Virus record (IMG/VR): IMGVR_UViG_3300009528_000013
Span: 53,771-117,770 of that record
DNA from: a virus
Length of the DNA stretch: 64,000 bases
Strand: one strand, 5' to 3'
The notes beneath the pieces are model-generated. The model searched no databases and was not told the origin of the DNA. It saw only the letters and a list, made by a program, of their open reading frames with translations. A program made the position numbers and the translations under genes. Position 1 is the stretch's first letter; every line of letters begins with the position of its first letter. Of this stretch, positions 27,587 to 35,996 are shown piece by piece.

Positions 27587-28555
27587 ATGCCGCGTACAAG
27601 GGATGTCCCGGATTCCAGAACTATGTCTGAAGAGATTCAACTTTTCAATGCTGGTTTCAGAACCGGAAAAGGAAAGCAGTCCGCAGTTCTGGTGAAACGA
27701 TTTCGGGGTCTTGGCGATGTCTTGCAGGTTTTACCTGCTTTGAAGGCATTGAAGGGAAAGTACGGACCGAAGACGAAACTGGTCTTCGGGACTTCACCAA
27801 TCTTCTTTCCGTTGCTTCGACGATTCGATTTCATCGACCGTTTGGTGAATGAAAAGCAGGCCGAGGTGAAAGGACGATACGACCTGGTAGTCGATCTCCA
27901 GAACAAAGTTGATTTTCTTCCAATCTGCTGCGAAGCACCGAGGCAAGATCTCTTTGCGAGATTACTGGAGCTAAATCCTCAATGTTACTGTCCGCGGTTC
28001 GACTTTCCGATTTTGAAGAGCGAAATTGTAAAGGCAAGAACAATTCTGCAAAGGGCAGGTTGGCGAGGTGAAAAGTTGTTCGGTTTACACCTGATGGCAT
28101 ATTCCGCTATTCGAACCTGGCCCGTGGAACGCAATCTTGAATTGGTTGAGCGGTTATCGGACCGAGAGGGATGGAAGATTTTGATTTTGGAGAGTCATGC
28201 AGTCCGAGAGCAATTTCGGAAATTCGATCACGTAATTGTGCCTGACAAGACCGCCTTGATCGATCTGTTGGGGTTGCTCTCGTTTTGTGAGTATCTCGTT
28301 TGTCCAGATTCGGGCATTATGCACCTGGCAGGCCTTCTCCAAATTCCTTCGGTCGCCTTATTCGGACCGATCCCACCGGAGTTTCGGATCGGGTACTATC
28401 CCAAAACTACCGGTCTCAGTTTAAGAGTTGACTGCAATCCATGTTGGGACTGGCAGACGCATGCTTGTCATAAGCGGCCTCATTATCGCCAGTGTCTCAA
28501 GAAGATCACCGTTGAAATGGTGATTAACACATTGGAGGATATTGGATGTTTCTGA
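27587..28555 (+). CDS. GT9-family glycosyltransferase (heptosyltransferase-like)
   Basis: RFRGLGDVL...DLVVDLQ...RTWP...LVCPDSGIMHLAGLLQIPSVALFGP. Confidence 0.9.
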   Translation: MPRTRDVPDSRTMSEEIQLFNAGFRTGKGKQSAVLVKRFRGLGDVLQVLPALKALKGKYGPKTKLVFGTSPIFFPLLRRFDFIDRLVNEKQAEVKGRYDLVVDLQNKVDFLPICCEAPRQDLFARLLELNPQCYCPRFDFPILKSEIVKARTILQRAGWRGEKLFGLHLMAYSAIRTWPVERNLELVERLSDREGWKILILESHAVREQFRKFDHVIVPDKTALIDLLGLLSFCEYLVCPDSGIMHLAGLLQIPSVALFGPIPPEFRIGYYPKTTGLSLRVDCNPCWDWQTHACHKRPHYRQCLKKITVEMVINTLEDIGCF

Positions 28556-29541
28556 CAGCTCGAGTACTGTTCCTGAACGAAGAGGACTATATCTGGTACG
28601 TTCTAAAGTCGATGTACGATGCTGTCGATGCAATTGTGATCGTCGAAGGATGTATCGGAGAGTACGGAAGGATTGAGGGTTTTTATTCCAAATCCGGACT
28701 CTCGATAGATCGTAGCTCCGAGGAGATTGAACGATTCATCGCCAACGACGATCCGGATGGAAAGGTTTGGAATTACAAATACGGTTTTGCGAAAAACTAC
28801 GCGGAATTGGCAAACCATGCAGTGGATCTTTTTCCACGAGAGACCACTCATTTCCTCAACGTAGATGCGGATGAATGTTACAAGGCGTTGGACATTTTGC
28901 GAGTTCGGCAGATGTTCTCGGATCATCCGAGATTGTGTGGCGTTGCTGTGGATCGGATCCATTTTTATCTGGACTTCTGGACTCGCCGGATTTCAAAGAA
29001 AATGGGCAAATTGGAACCGACTGGCGGAACGATGTTCAGAAAGTTCTATCCAGGAGAGTACTATCCCGAGAAAAGCGCTGAACACAATCCTTACTTCGAG
29101 GGCGAACCTCTGATAAATTGGTGGCTACCTTGGATTGCTCAAGATGACATCGAAACAGGAATCAAAGATGCACAGGAACAAGGGCTCGATGGAATTACAT
29201 TGCGAAAGCGGGTAATTCCACAGTATCATTACGGGTGGGTTCGGAAACGTGAAAAGATGATCGAGCGGGTTCTTCAGACGTATCGCAGATCTGATGCGTA
29301 TTCCGGGCTGAATGTTCGGGCTGAATCTTCGGATCAGGAGCTAACCGAGTTCATCGAAACGTATAATCCGATCTGGACGGGGATCTTGCCCGATGAAGAT
29401 GTTCTTCAAAAATTTCCTCCATCGAAGGTCAATCGGATCCGATGCGACCAAATCTTGTGGGAGGCAGTGGGAGAGCATCCGCTTCCAATGAAAGATCATC
29501 CCTTCTTCGGCATGCAGAGGAGGGACTTCGGATGGCTTTGA
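28546..29541 (+). CDS. GT-A-fold glycosyltransferase, paralogue 1 of 4
   Basis: LNEEDYIWYVLKSMYDAVDAIVIVEG; DxD motif NVDADE; HYGWVR. Confidence 0.8.
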   Translation: MFLTARVLFLNEEDYIWYVLKSMYDAVDAIVIVEGCIGEYGRIEGFYSKSGLSIDRSSEEIERFIANDDPDGKVWNYKYGFAKNYAELANHAVDLFPRETTHFLNVDADECYKALDILRVRQMFSDHPRLCGVAVDRIHFYLDFWTRRISKKMGKLEPTGGTMFRKFYPGEYYPEKSAEHNPYFEGEPLINWWLPWIAQDDIETGIKDAQEQGLDGITLRKRVIPQYHYGWVRKREKMIERVLQTYRRSDAYSGLNVRAESSDQELTEFIETYNPIWTGILPDEDVLQKFPPSKVNRIRCDQILWEAVGEHPLPMKDHPFFGMQRRDFGWL

Positions 29542-30533
29542 AACTTACAGCATTGATGATTGTAATAAATGAAGAGGATTGGGTCTGGTGGTCGCTGAGA
29601 TCGATCTACGATGTAGTGGATCATATCGTCATAGTGGAAGGTGTGGCTAAAGATAAATGGAAGGAATTTGGTTCTTTCGATCGGTTTGGATTGTCACTTG
29701 ATAATACGGAGGGAGAGATTGAGAGGTTTATCGAAGAATACGATTCGGAAGGTAAGATTAAGTATATCCAGGCTGGATTCCAGCCGACGATTGGAACGCT
29801 GAGAGAGCTTGCTTTACGGGAGTGCCCGAAGGATACGGATTATATTTTAGTGGCAGATGCGGATCATCTGTATGATGAGTCGCAACTTCAGCAGGTTAAG
29901 AGTCTCTGTGAACAGTATCCAAACATTCGAGTCGTCTATTCCGATCAATTGATCTTCTTTCTGGATATGCACCATGTTCTCCAGATCAATGAAGAATACA
30001 AGCGGCCGTATGGTCATCATTTGGCGTGTCTCTTCTACCGATACGATGAGCGATTGAGATATAAGGGGGAGATTTCTTTTTTCGATAACCAGTTTGAACC
30101 GGAGGGCTGGTTGCATCCGATCCTCGAGGTTCGCCCCGATCAGTTGGAAGGAACGAAAGATGATGTCGCAGTATATCCGCCGATGTTTCAGTTCTGGCAT
30201 TTTGGATGGGTTGGGCGTAGAATGGCGATAGAGGCGCATCTGCTGAAGACGACTTGGTCGAGAGTGCTCAGGTTGCAATGGCTTCTGAAACACGATCCAG
30301 AGAAAGTCACGGATACGGACCGAAACTATTGGATGCCATTTATAGATATGAGTGCCGAGGAGATCTTGGATTATCACCGATTGTATCACAAGATCTGGAC
30401 AGGTATTTTCGATGACAAAGTTGGAGAGCGAGTTGTTCCGTATTTAGGTAAGTATCCGATGGATCAGATGCTTCGCAGTCATCCATTTTTTGGAAAGAGT
30501 AAGCATTGGTTTGGACTGGAAGAAGGACTATAA
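29532..30533 (+). CDS. GT-A-fold glycosyltransferase, paralogue 2 of 4
   Basis: INEEDWVWWSLRSIYDVVDHIVIVEG; VADADH; HFGW. Confidence 0.8.
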   Translation: MALKLTALMIVINEEDWVWWSLRSIYDVVDHIVIVEGVAKDKWKEFGSFDRFGLSLDNTEGEIERFIEEYDSEGKIKYIQAGFQPTIGTLRELALRECPKDTDYILVADADHLYDESQLQQVKSLCEQYPNIRVVYSDQLIFFLDMHHVLQINEEYKRPYGHHLACLFYRYDERLRYKGEISFFDNQFEPEGWLHPILEVRPDQLEGTKDDVAVYPPMFQFWHFGWVGRRMAIEAHLLKTTWSRVLRLQWLLKHDPEKVTDTDRNYWMPFIDMSAEEILDYHRLYHKIWTGIFDDKVGERVVPYLGKYPMDQMLRSHPFFGKSKHWFGLEEGL

Positions 30534-30539
30534 AGGAAA

Positions 30540-30649
30540 GTTTAAGAGCGCTATCCATCAAAATAAGGATTGAAATAAGAGTTCGTATCCCGCTGTCGAT
30601 TACATCGCAGTAGTTTAAGAACGCTATCCATTAAAACAAGGATTGAAAC
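30540..30649 (+). CRISPR. Cas-less CRISPR mini-array: repeat (30540-30576), spacer (30577-30612), repeat (30613-30649)
   Basis: R1 GTTTAAGAGCGCTATCCATCAAAATAAGGATTGAAAT and R2 GTTTAAGAACGCTATCCATTAAAACAAGGATTGAAAC (37 bp, 4 mismatches); ATCC/GGAT stem kept in both; 3' ATTGAAA(C/T) handle typical of Cas6-processed type I/III repeats; 36-nt spacer. Confidence 0.88.
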
Positions 30650-30681
30650 ATCGTTCACTGGCAGCATCAGGAGATGATATA

Positions 30682-31677
30682 GTGAAAATTGGTTGTCACA
30701 TGCTTACTCTCAATGACCAGCCTTATGTTTACTGGGCCTTAAAATCATCATATCCGGCAGTCGATTACATCGCCGTTGTTGAGGGTGCGATCACGCACGA
30801 TGTTTTCCATAATAAGTACGACCACGTTCCTGCAACAAGTGAGGGGCTATCGTTGGATAATACTGGCGAGGAAGTCCAAAGGTTCATTGCCAATGACGAT
30901 CCCGAAGGGAAGGTGCATTATGAACAAGTTGGCTTTGTGCACAGTTGGGAGGATCTTCGGAACAAAGCGCACTCGATGTTGCCCGAGGATACCGACATCG
31001 AACTCATTCAGGATGGGGATTGTCTCTTTAAGCCAAGAAATATTCTGAAGGCAAAAAAAGTCTTAAAGACATATCCCCAAGTTTATGAAGTGGCGGAATA
31101 CTGTTGGTCATTTATCTGGGACTTCCGGCACGTCCTACATACTGGAATAGAACGAAAGGATTATTGGCGTTGGTGTTTTTTCAGGTATAACCCGACGATG
31201 TATTTTGAAAGAGAACGAACAATTTGGTTCGGTGACGGGAGTACCAGTGAACGAACCAAGATTGACTGGATTGATTTTTTGCGTCTTCGTGAATATGAGT
31301 ACGGAGATCAGAAATACATTGTTTACAGTCCCGACTTGCTGGACGTATTCCACTTTGGAAATGTCCAGTTGAAGGAGCGAATGGAAGTTCAGCTCATGCG
31401 GAAGTTTTTCGCTCCACAGACGATGGAGAAGAACCGTCTCGTACTTCCTGATCGGCGACGGGAGACGCTGATGGACTGGCTGAGGATGTACCACAAATTC
31501 TATACCAAGGTCTTAGATACCGATGTTGAACATGTGGATGAGTTCAAGGGATCGTATCCTCTCGATGGGCTGATTCAGAAACATCCTTATTTCGATAAAC
31601 CGGAAGAGTGGTTCAGACACGAGGACCCCGAGGGTGATCAGAGGTCTCCTTTCTACGATTTGAAATGGTGGGACTGA
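30682..31677 (+). CDS. GT-A-fold glycosyltransferase, paralogue 3 of 4 (carries the spacer-like site)
   Basis: GGAG SD and GTG at 30682; LNDQPYVYWALKSSYPAVDYIAVVEG; IQDGDC; HFGN. Confidence 0.8.
   Translation: MKIGCHMLTLNDQPYVYWALKSSYPAVDYIAVVEGAITHDVFHNKYDHVPATSEGLSLDNTGEEVQRFIANDDPEGKVHYEQVGFVHSWEDLRNKAHSMLPEDTDIELIQDGDCLFKPRNILKAKKVLKTYPQVYEVAEYCWSFIWDFRHVLHTGIERKDYWRWCFFRYNPTMYFERERTIWFGDGSTSERTKIDWIDFLRLREYEYGDQKYIVYSPDLLDVFHFGNVQLKERMEVQLMRKFFAPQTMEKNRLVLPDRRRETLMDWLRMYHKFYTKVLDTDVEHVDEFKGSYPLDGLIQKHPYFDKPEEWFRHEDPEGDQRSPFYDLKWWD
30742..30777 (+). other. Synonymously diverged protospacer-like site matching the mini-array spacer
   Basis: AAATCATCATATCCGGCAGTCGATTACATCGCCGTT versus spacer AAGAGTTCGTATCCCGCTGTCGATTACATCGCAGTA: 27/36 identical; both encode KSSYPAVDYIAV; 5' flank TTA. 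Confidence 0.9.
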
Positions 31678-31697
31678 ATTGTTGAAGAGGTACCCGC

Positions 31698-31904
31698 ATG
31701 TCGAAAGATCTGGGAGTAAGTGATCGAGCGAAGTCGATATTAGATATTCAAAAGAAAGTCTTGCGGGACTTGAATCGTTTAAGTAAACTGGTCGAAGTAT
31801 TAAGCGAAGAGGAGCTTCAAGAAGTCGAAACTGAAATGCAGGAATTTCTTCGAGAGGCGCAAGTAAGACTCTGGTCACTGCAAGGAAAGCTCTGGGGTAT
31901 ATAA
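31698..31904 (+). CDS. Small coiled-coil hypothetical protein
   Basis: GAGG SD; fills the operon gap; heptad-like pattern. Confidence 0.6.
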   Translation: MSKDLGVSDRAKSILDIQKKVLRDLNRLSKLVEVLSEEELQEVETEMQEFLREAQVRLWSLQGKLWGI

Positions 31905-31910
31905 TTTTAA

Positions 31911-32414
31911 ATGAGGCTTAAACTGGACATCGGAGGAGGCGCACGGCGGAATGAGTGGGTTGTAATCGATCTTGACCGATCGCTCCGACCCGATGTCGTA
32001 GCCGATGCGCAATTTCTTCCATTTCAGGATACAGTTGCCGATGAACTCTGGGCGTCCCATATTCTGGAGCATTTTCGTCAGGAGTCTTCGATTGTTATCC
32101 TTCAAGAGTGGAATCGTGTACTGAAGGCAGAAGGCAAAATTACGGTCTATGTTCCCAATGCTCTTGAGGCCTTCCATCGTTGGACTCATGGAGAATGTGA
32201 GTACGAGTGGCTTAACATAGTGATTTTTGGATATGATCCCGATGCCAGTCCCTTTATGGCGCACAAATGTATGTTCTGGCGAGGGTCCCTAAGAAATTTG
32301 TTGAATCGAGCAGATTTTGTATCTCTCGAATATCTCGTAGCGCGAGGCGAAGCAAGGGGAACGTGGGAAGAATTCGGATACAGAGGAGTTAAGAGCAGAG
32401 AAAGGACATACTGA
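31911..32414 (+). CDS. Class I SAM-dependent methyltransferase (small-molecule/glycan type)
   Basis: LDIGGG, DVVADAQFLPF, ASHILEH. Confidence 0.85.
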   Translation: MRLKLDIGGGARRNEWVVIDLDRSLRPDVVADAQFLPFQDTVADELWASHILEHFRQESSIVILQEWNRVLKAEGKITVYVPNALEAFHRWTHGECEYEWLNIVIFGYDPDASPFMAHKCMFWRGSLRNLLNRADFVSLEYLVARGEARGTWEEFGYRGVKSRERTY

Positions 32415-32415
32415 A

Positions 32416-33045
32416 ATGGTTCAGCGAATACTGGCGCTGAGTCCACATACCGACGATTGCGAATTCGGTTGTGGTGGTAGTCTGGCTCGATTTCTCGCTG
32501 AAGATAAAGAAGTCTTCTATGTGGCTTTCTCATCTGCCGAGAAATCTGTTCCACCCGAGTTGCCAAAAGGGATTCTCCGAGAGGAAGTTAAAAAGGCAAC
32601 CGCTGCGCTTGGGATTACAAGAGAGAATCTGATTCTTTTCGATTACGAAGTCCGGGATTTCCCTGCTCATCGTCAAAGTATTCTCGAAGATATGATCGAA
32701 CTGAGAGACGTAATCGAACCGGATTTGGTCTTTCTGCCCTCGGCAGATGATACACATCAGGATCATCAGGTTATTGCAGCCGAAGGATTCCGCGCCTTCA
32801 AGAAATCAACTCTTCTTGGATACGAAATTCCCTGGAACAACTTATCCTTCAGGACAGAATGTTTCATCTTTCTGGAGGAGCAATTCATCGAGTTGAAGAT
32901 CCGAGCGTTGAAATGCTACTTCTCACAGTTGGGAAGGGATTACATCAATGAAGATTTTATCCGGAGTCTCGTTCGCGCACGAGGTGGTCAGATCGGGACT
33001 CAATACGCGGAGGCCTTCAATGCAATTCACTGGATTATCCGATAG
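32416..33045 (+). CDS. PIG-L/LmbE-family deacetylase
   Basis: SPHTDDCEFGCGG and HQDH metal-binding motifs. Confidence 0.9.
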   Translation: MVQRILALSPHTDDCEFGCGGSLARFLAEDKEVFYVAFSSAEKSVPPELPKGILREEVKKATAALGITRENLILFDYEVRDFPAHRQSILEDMIELRDVIEPDLVFLPSADDTHQDHQVIAAEGFRAFKKSTLLGYEIPWNNLSFRTECFIFLEEQFIELKIRALKCYFSQLGRDYINEDFIRSLVRARGGQIGTQYAEAFNAIHWIIR

Positions 33046-33679
33046 AAATTTGAAGTACTATACAGACCGGTTCAGGAAACTTGGTGATTCTCCAGAGACT
33101 TTCTGGAATAGCCAGGAGTCGCAAGAGGTAAGATTCCGAGCGCTGACTCGGATCGGAGATCTCGATACTAGATCGATTTTGGACGTTGGATGTGGAACGG
33201 GAGATTTTCTCAAATTTCTGATCGAAGAAGAGTATCAGATCGCTCGGTACTTGGGTTGCGATCTCGTTGAAGCGGCGATTCAAATTGCCCGAAAGAAACA
33301 CCCATGCCATAGCTTTTTGATATTCGACGTGCGCGGGCTGAATTTCGATGACCAATTTGATTTCGTCTTTGGATCGGGATTGTTTGCCTTAGATGAAAAA
33401 GACTGGCATGCTAGGGTGATTGAGATTGTGACAAAGATGTACGCCCTCTGTCGGATTGGGGTCGGGGTAAATTTTCTGAGCAAGTTCGGGCTGGGCCGGG
33501 ACCTCGATTCCTTTTATTCGGATCCAGGCGAGATATTCACACTTCTTACAAAAGAGATTTCTCCGCGAGGGGCCTTTTTAGATCACACCTACAAAGAAAA
33601 TGACTTCACGATCTTTCTTTATCGGCCGGATTTCACCAAGTATCCCCAAGCTCTTGAAACCAATCGAAGAAGGTCCTGA
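33020..33679 (+). CDS. Class I SAM-dependent methyltransferase
   Basis: GGAGG SD and ATG at 33020; WNSQESQEVRF, ILDVGCGTGD, YLGCDL, FDFVFGSG. Confidence 0.85.
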   Translation: MQFTGLSDRNLKYYTDRFRKLGDSPETFWNSQESQEVRFRALTRIGDLDTRSILDVGCGTGDFLKFLIEEEYQIARYLGCDLVEAAIQIARKKHPCHSFLIFDVRGLNFDDQFDFVFGSGLFALDEKDWHARVIEIVTKMYALCRIGVGVNFLSKFGLGRDLDSFYSDPGEIFTLLTKEISPRGAFLDHTYKENDFTIFLYRPDFTKYPQALETNRRRS

Positions 33680-33691
33680 GAGGAGGTACTG

Positions 33692-34411
33692 ATGAGTTGC
33701 ACCGTCGCCATACACCAGCCCAACTTTGCTCCCTGGCTCGGCTATTTTTACAAGATGGCACACTGCGATATCTTCGTCTTTCTGGACGATGTTCCATTTT
33801 CAAAGGGTAGCTTCACCAATCGTTGCAGCATCTGGACGCCGAGGGGACCCCAATGGCTCACCGTTCCCATTCGGACGAAGGGGCGCTCCGGGCAGAAGAT
33901 TCAGAGTGTCGAGATAGTGAATACTCCGTGGCGACCGAAAATGGTGCGGACGCTTCAGCAGAATTATGGCAAGGCGGAGTACTTTGAGCGTTGGTTTCCG
34001 GTCATCGAGTGCGTACTACGAAGGCCTTACGAAAAGCTCTGTGATCTGAACATAGAGTTGATTCAGGTTCTTGCGAGAGTGTTCGGAATCGGATCTGAGT
34101 TCATCCTTGCTTCCGATTTGAAAGTTCAAGCGACGAAAGAGAACAGGATCATTGAAATCTTGAGAGCTGTCGGAGGCAGTGAATATCTCTCGGGTAACGG
34201 AGCGAGGAGTTATCAAATCGCTGAGAATTTCGAGGATTCCGGATTTCGCCTGACGTATTCGAGCTTTCAACAATTCGAGTACCCTCAACTCGGAAATGAG
34301 TTCATCCCCGGGTTGTCCATTCTTGATCTATTTTTTAATTGTGGTACAGACAGCATCCGGTATCTCAAAAGAGGGACAAATGAAGCTCACAGTTCAGATG
34401 GTGGTGATTAA
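33692..34411 (+). CDS. wbqC: WbqC-like family protein
   Basis: AIHQPNFAPWLGYFYK...FVFLDDV...WLTVP...YLSG...YPQ...FIPGLSILDLFFN signature. Confidence 0.9.
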   Translation: MSCTVAIHQPNFAPWLGYFYKMAHCDIFVFLDDVPFSKGSFTNRCSIWTPRGPQWLTVPIRTKGRSGQKIQSVEIVNTPWRPKMVRTLQQNYGKAEYFERWFPVIECVLRRPYEKLCDLNIELIQVLARVFGIGSEFILASDLKVQATKENRIIEILRAVGGSEYLSGNGARSYQIAENFEDSGFRLTYSSFQQFEYPQLGNEFIPGLSILDLFFNCGTDSIRYLKRGTNEAHSSDGGD

Positions 34412-35351
34412 CGAAGAGGATTACGTTTACTTCGCGCTGAAGTCGATCTATGATGTGGTCGAAGAGATCGTCATCGTGGAGGGCGCCGCCCGAAATCGAT
34501 ATGGAAGAGAGGCAATCGAGCAAGGGTTTTTAACCGAAGAAGGTCTCTCAACCGACGGTACACAGGCGGAGATTCAACGCATGCTCGATGAAGACGCAGA
34601 TCATAAGATCAAGTACATCCGGTACGGTTGGCAGCAATCGGTAAATGACTTGCGAAGACATTGCCATCAGAATGTCAGTTCGAATACAGATTATTGTTTA
34701 ATCTTGGATTCGGACGCGGTGTATCGACCAAGAGAGATCCAATGTCTCCGGAATCTGGTAATCGGATATCCTTCAATCTGGATGATCGCGGCGAAAGAGT
34801 TGATGTTTTTCCTCGATTTGAATCATATCCTCACAGTCGGAGAAGATTATCTTCAGATGTGTAACTATATCGACTCCGGGCTTTTTTGGAAATATCTCCC
34901 CGACATTGAGATTCTTGGACAACGACCTTATCGACTTGGCCAGAAAATGGAATTGGGTCTTCGGCGTACTCGATTCCAAGAATTAAAAACGCTTGACAAG
35001 AAAGGCGAAAAACTATATCTTTTCGAGCCGGCCGGTCTCTTTGATATTCTACACTTCGGATGGGTGCATACTCCGGAGAAAATGGAACGACATATTCTGC
35101 GATGGGCGCATGCGACTCGAAACCTGGTTGCACGAGGCGGTGGCGACGAAAGAATGAAGCGATGGTGTGCACCGATCCTTGAATCGAACGACGGAGAAAT
35201 CATGGAGTACTATCAAACGTATCATAAAATCTGGACTGGAATTTACGATGAGTCGGTCGAAGAACATCTCGAAAAATTTACTGGGACTTATCCTGTGGTT
35301 ATGTTGGAGCATCCGTACTATGGAAAGAGTGCTGAGGAATTGGGATGGTAA
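34380..35351 (+). CDS. GT-A-fold glycosyltransferase, paralogue 4 of 4
   Basis: INEEDYVYFALKSIYDVVEEIVIVEG; ILDSDA; HFGWVH. Confidence 0.8.
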   Translation: MKLTVQMVVINEEDYVYFALKSIYDVVEEIVIVEGAARNRYGREAIEQGFLTEEGLSTDGTQAEIQRMLDEDADHKIKYIRYGWQQSVNDLRRHCHQNVSSNTDYCLILDSDAVYRPREIQCLRNLVIGYPSIWMIAAKELMFFLDLNHILTVGEDYLQMCNYIDSGLFWKYLPDIEILGQRPYRLGQKMELGLRRTRFQELKTLDKKGEKLYLFEPAGLFDILHFGWVHTPEKMERHILRWAHATRNLVARGGGDERMKRWCAPILESNDGEIMEYYQTYHKIWTGIYDESVEEHLEKFTGTYPVVMLEHPYYGKSAEELGW

Positions 35352-35983
35352 CGCTTGCCGATCTGGGACCGAGAGCGAAAGAGCATCGTCCGCGCTGGAC
35401 GAGAGATGAAATTGCTTTAGATTACGGAATCTGGGAAGATGATCGCGTACTGGATATTGGATGCGGTCCGGGTGCTCCTCGGGTTCAGCTTACTGAATCG
35501 GCATTCCCCCGGGCGGATGTACTGGTCGATATGAATCCTGATCTGATTCCGGTATATCAAGGTCGGAAGTTTTTGCTGTCCGGAGTTGAGGCGCTGCCCT
35601 TCAGGAGCGAAAGCTTTGATTTTATCTGGTGTTCTCATATCCTTGAACATATTCTCGATCCAAAAGCGGCCTGCGAAGAATTGATGCGAATCGGTGCACG
35701 TGGCCGGATCAAGACGCCATCGCCTTTCAAAGAGATGCTTCATCCTCTACCATACCACTACTGGTTGGTTTCTTTTTATACGAATACTTTGGTTTTTGAA
35801 AAGAAGCCGACTTTCCTTTCTTCTGCATTATGGAACGAAGTAATCGATAGTTCTGCCGTGAAGGCCTGGAAGGATTATGTTCTATTCGCAAATGCAAAAA
35901 AAAGCCGTGTTAATCTTCCTCACCGATTCCGGGAGACTGTTTTCGATTGGGTAGGTGAATTCCGAGTAGAAGTATATCAATGA
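35345..35983 (+). CDS. Class I SAM-dependent methyltransferase
   Basis: VLDIGCG, VEALPFRSESFDFIWCSHILEH. Confidence 0.85.
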   Translation: MVTLADLGPRAKEHRPRWTRDEIALDYGIWEDDRVLDIGCGPGAPRVQLTESAFPRADVLVDMNPDLIPVYQGRKFLLSGVEALPFRSESFDFIWCSHILEHILDPKAACEELMRIGARGRIKTPSPFKEMLHPLPYHYWLVSFYTNTLVFEKKPTFLSSALWNEVIDSSAVKAWKDYVLFANAKKSRVNLPHRFRETVFDWVGEFRVEVYQ

Positions 35984-35996
35984 AAGAAGGATTCCG

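Noticed and set aside
30577-30612. Spacer explained as a simple local duplication of the downstream gene's 5' region
   Set aside because: A non-coding duplicate would decay at random positions. Here all 9 differences preserve the peptide, and the segment is exactly spacer-sized and bounded by two CRISPR-type repeats.
30650-30681. Possible second spacer after repeat 2
   Set aside because: No third repeat follows, the segment contains the SD of the next gene, and I found no match to it by eye elsewhere in the window.
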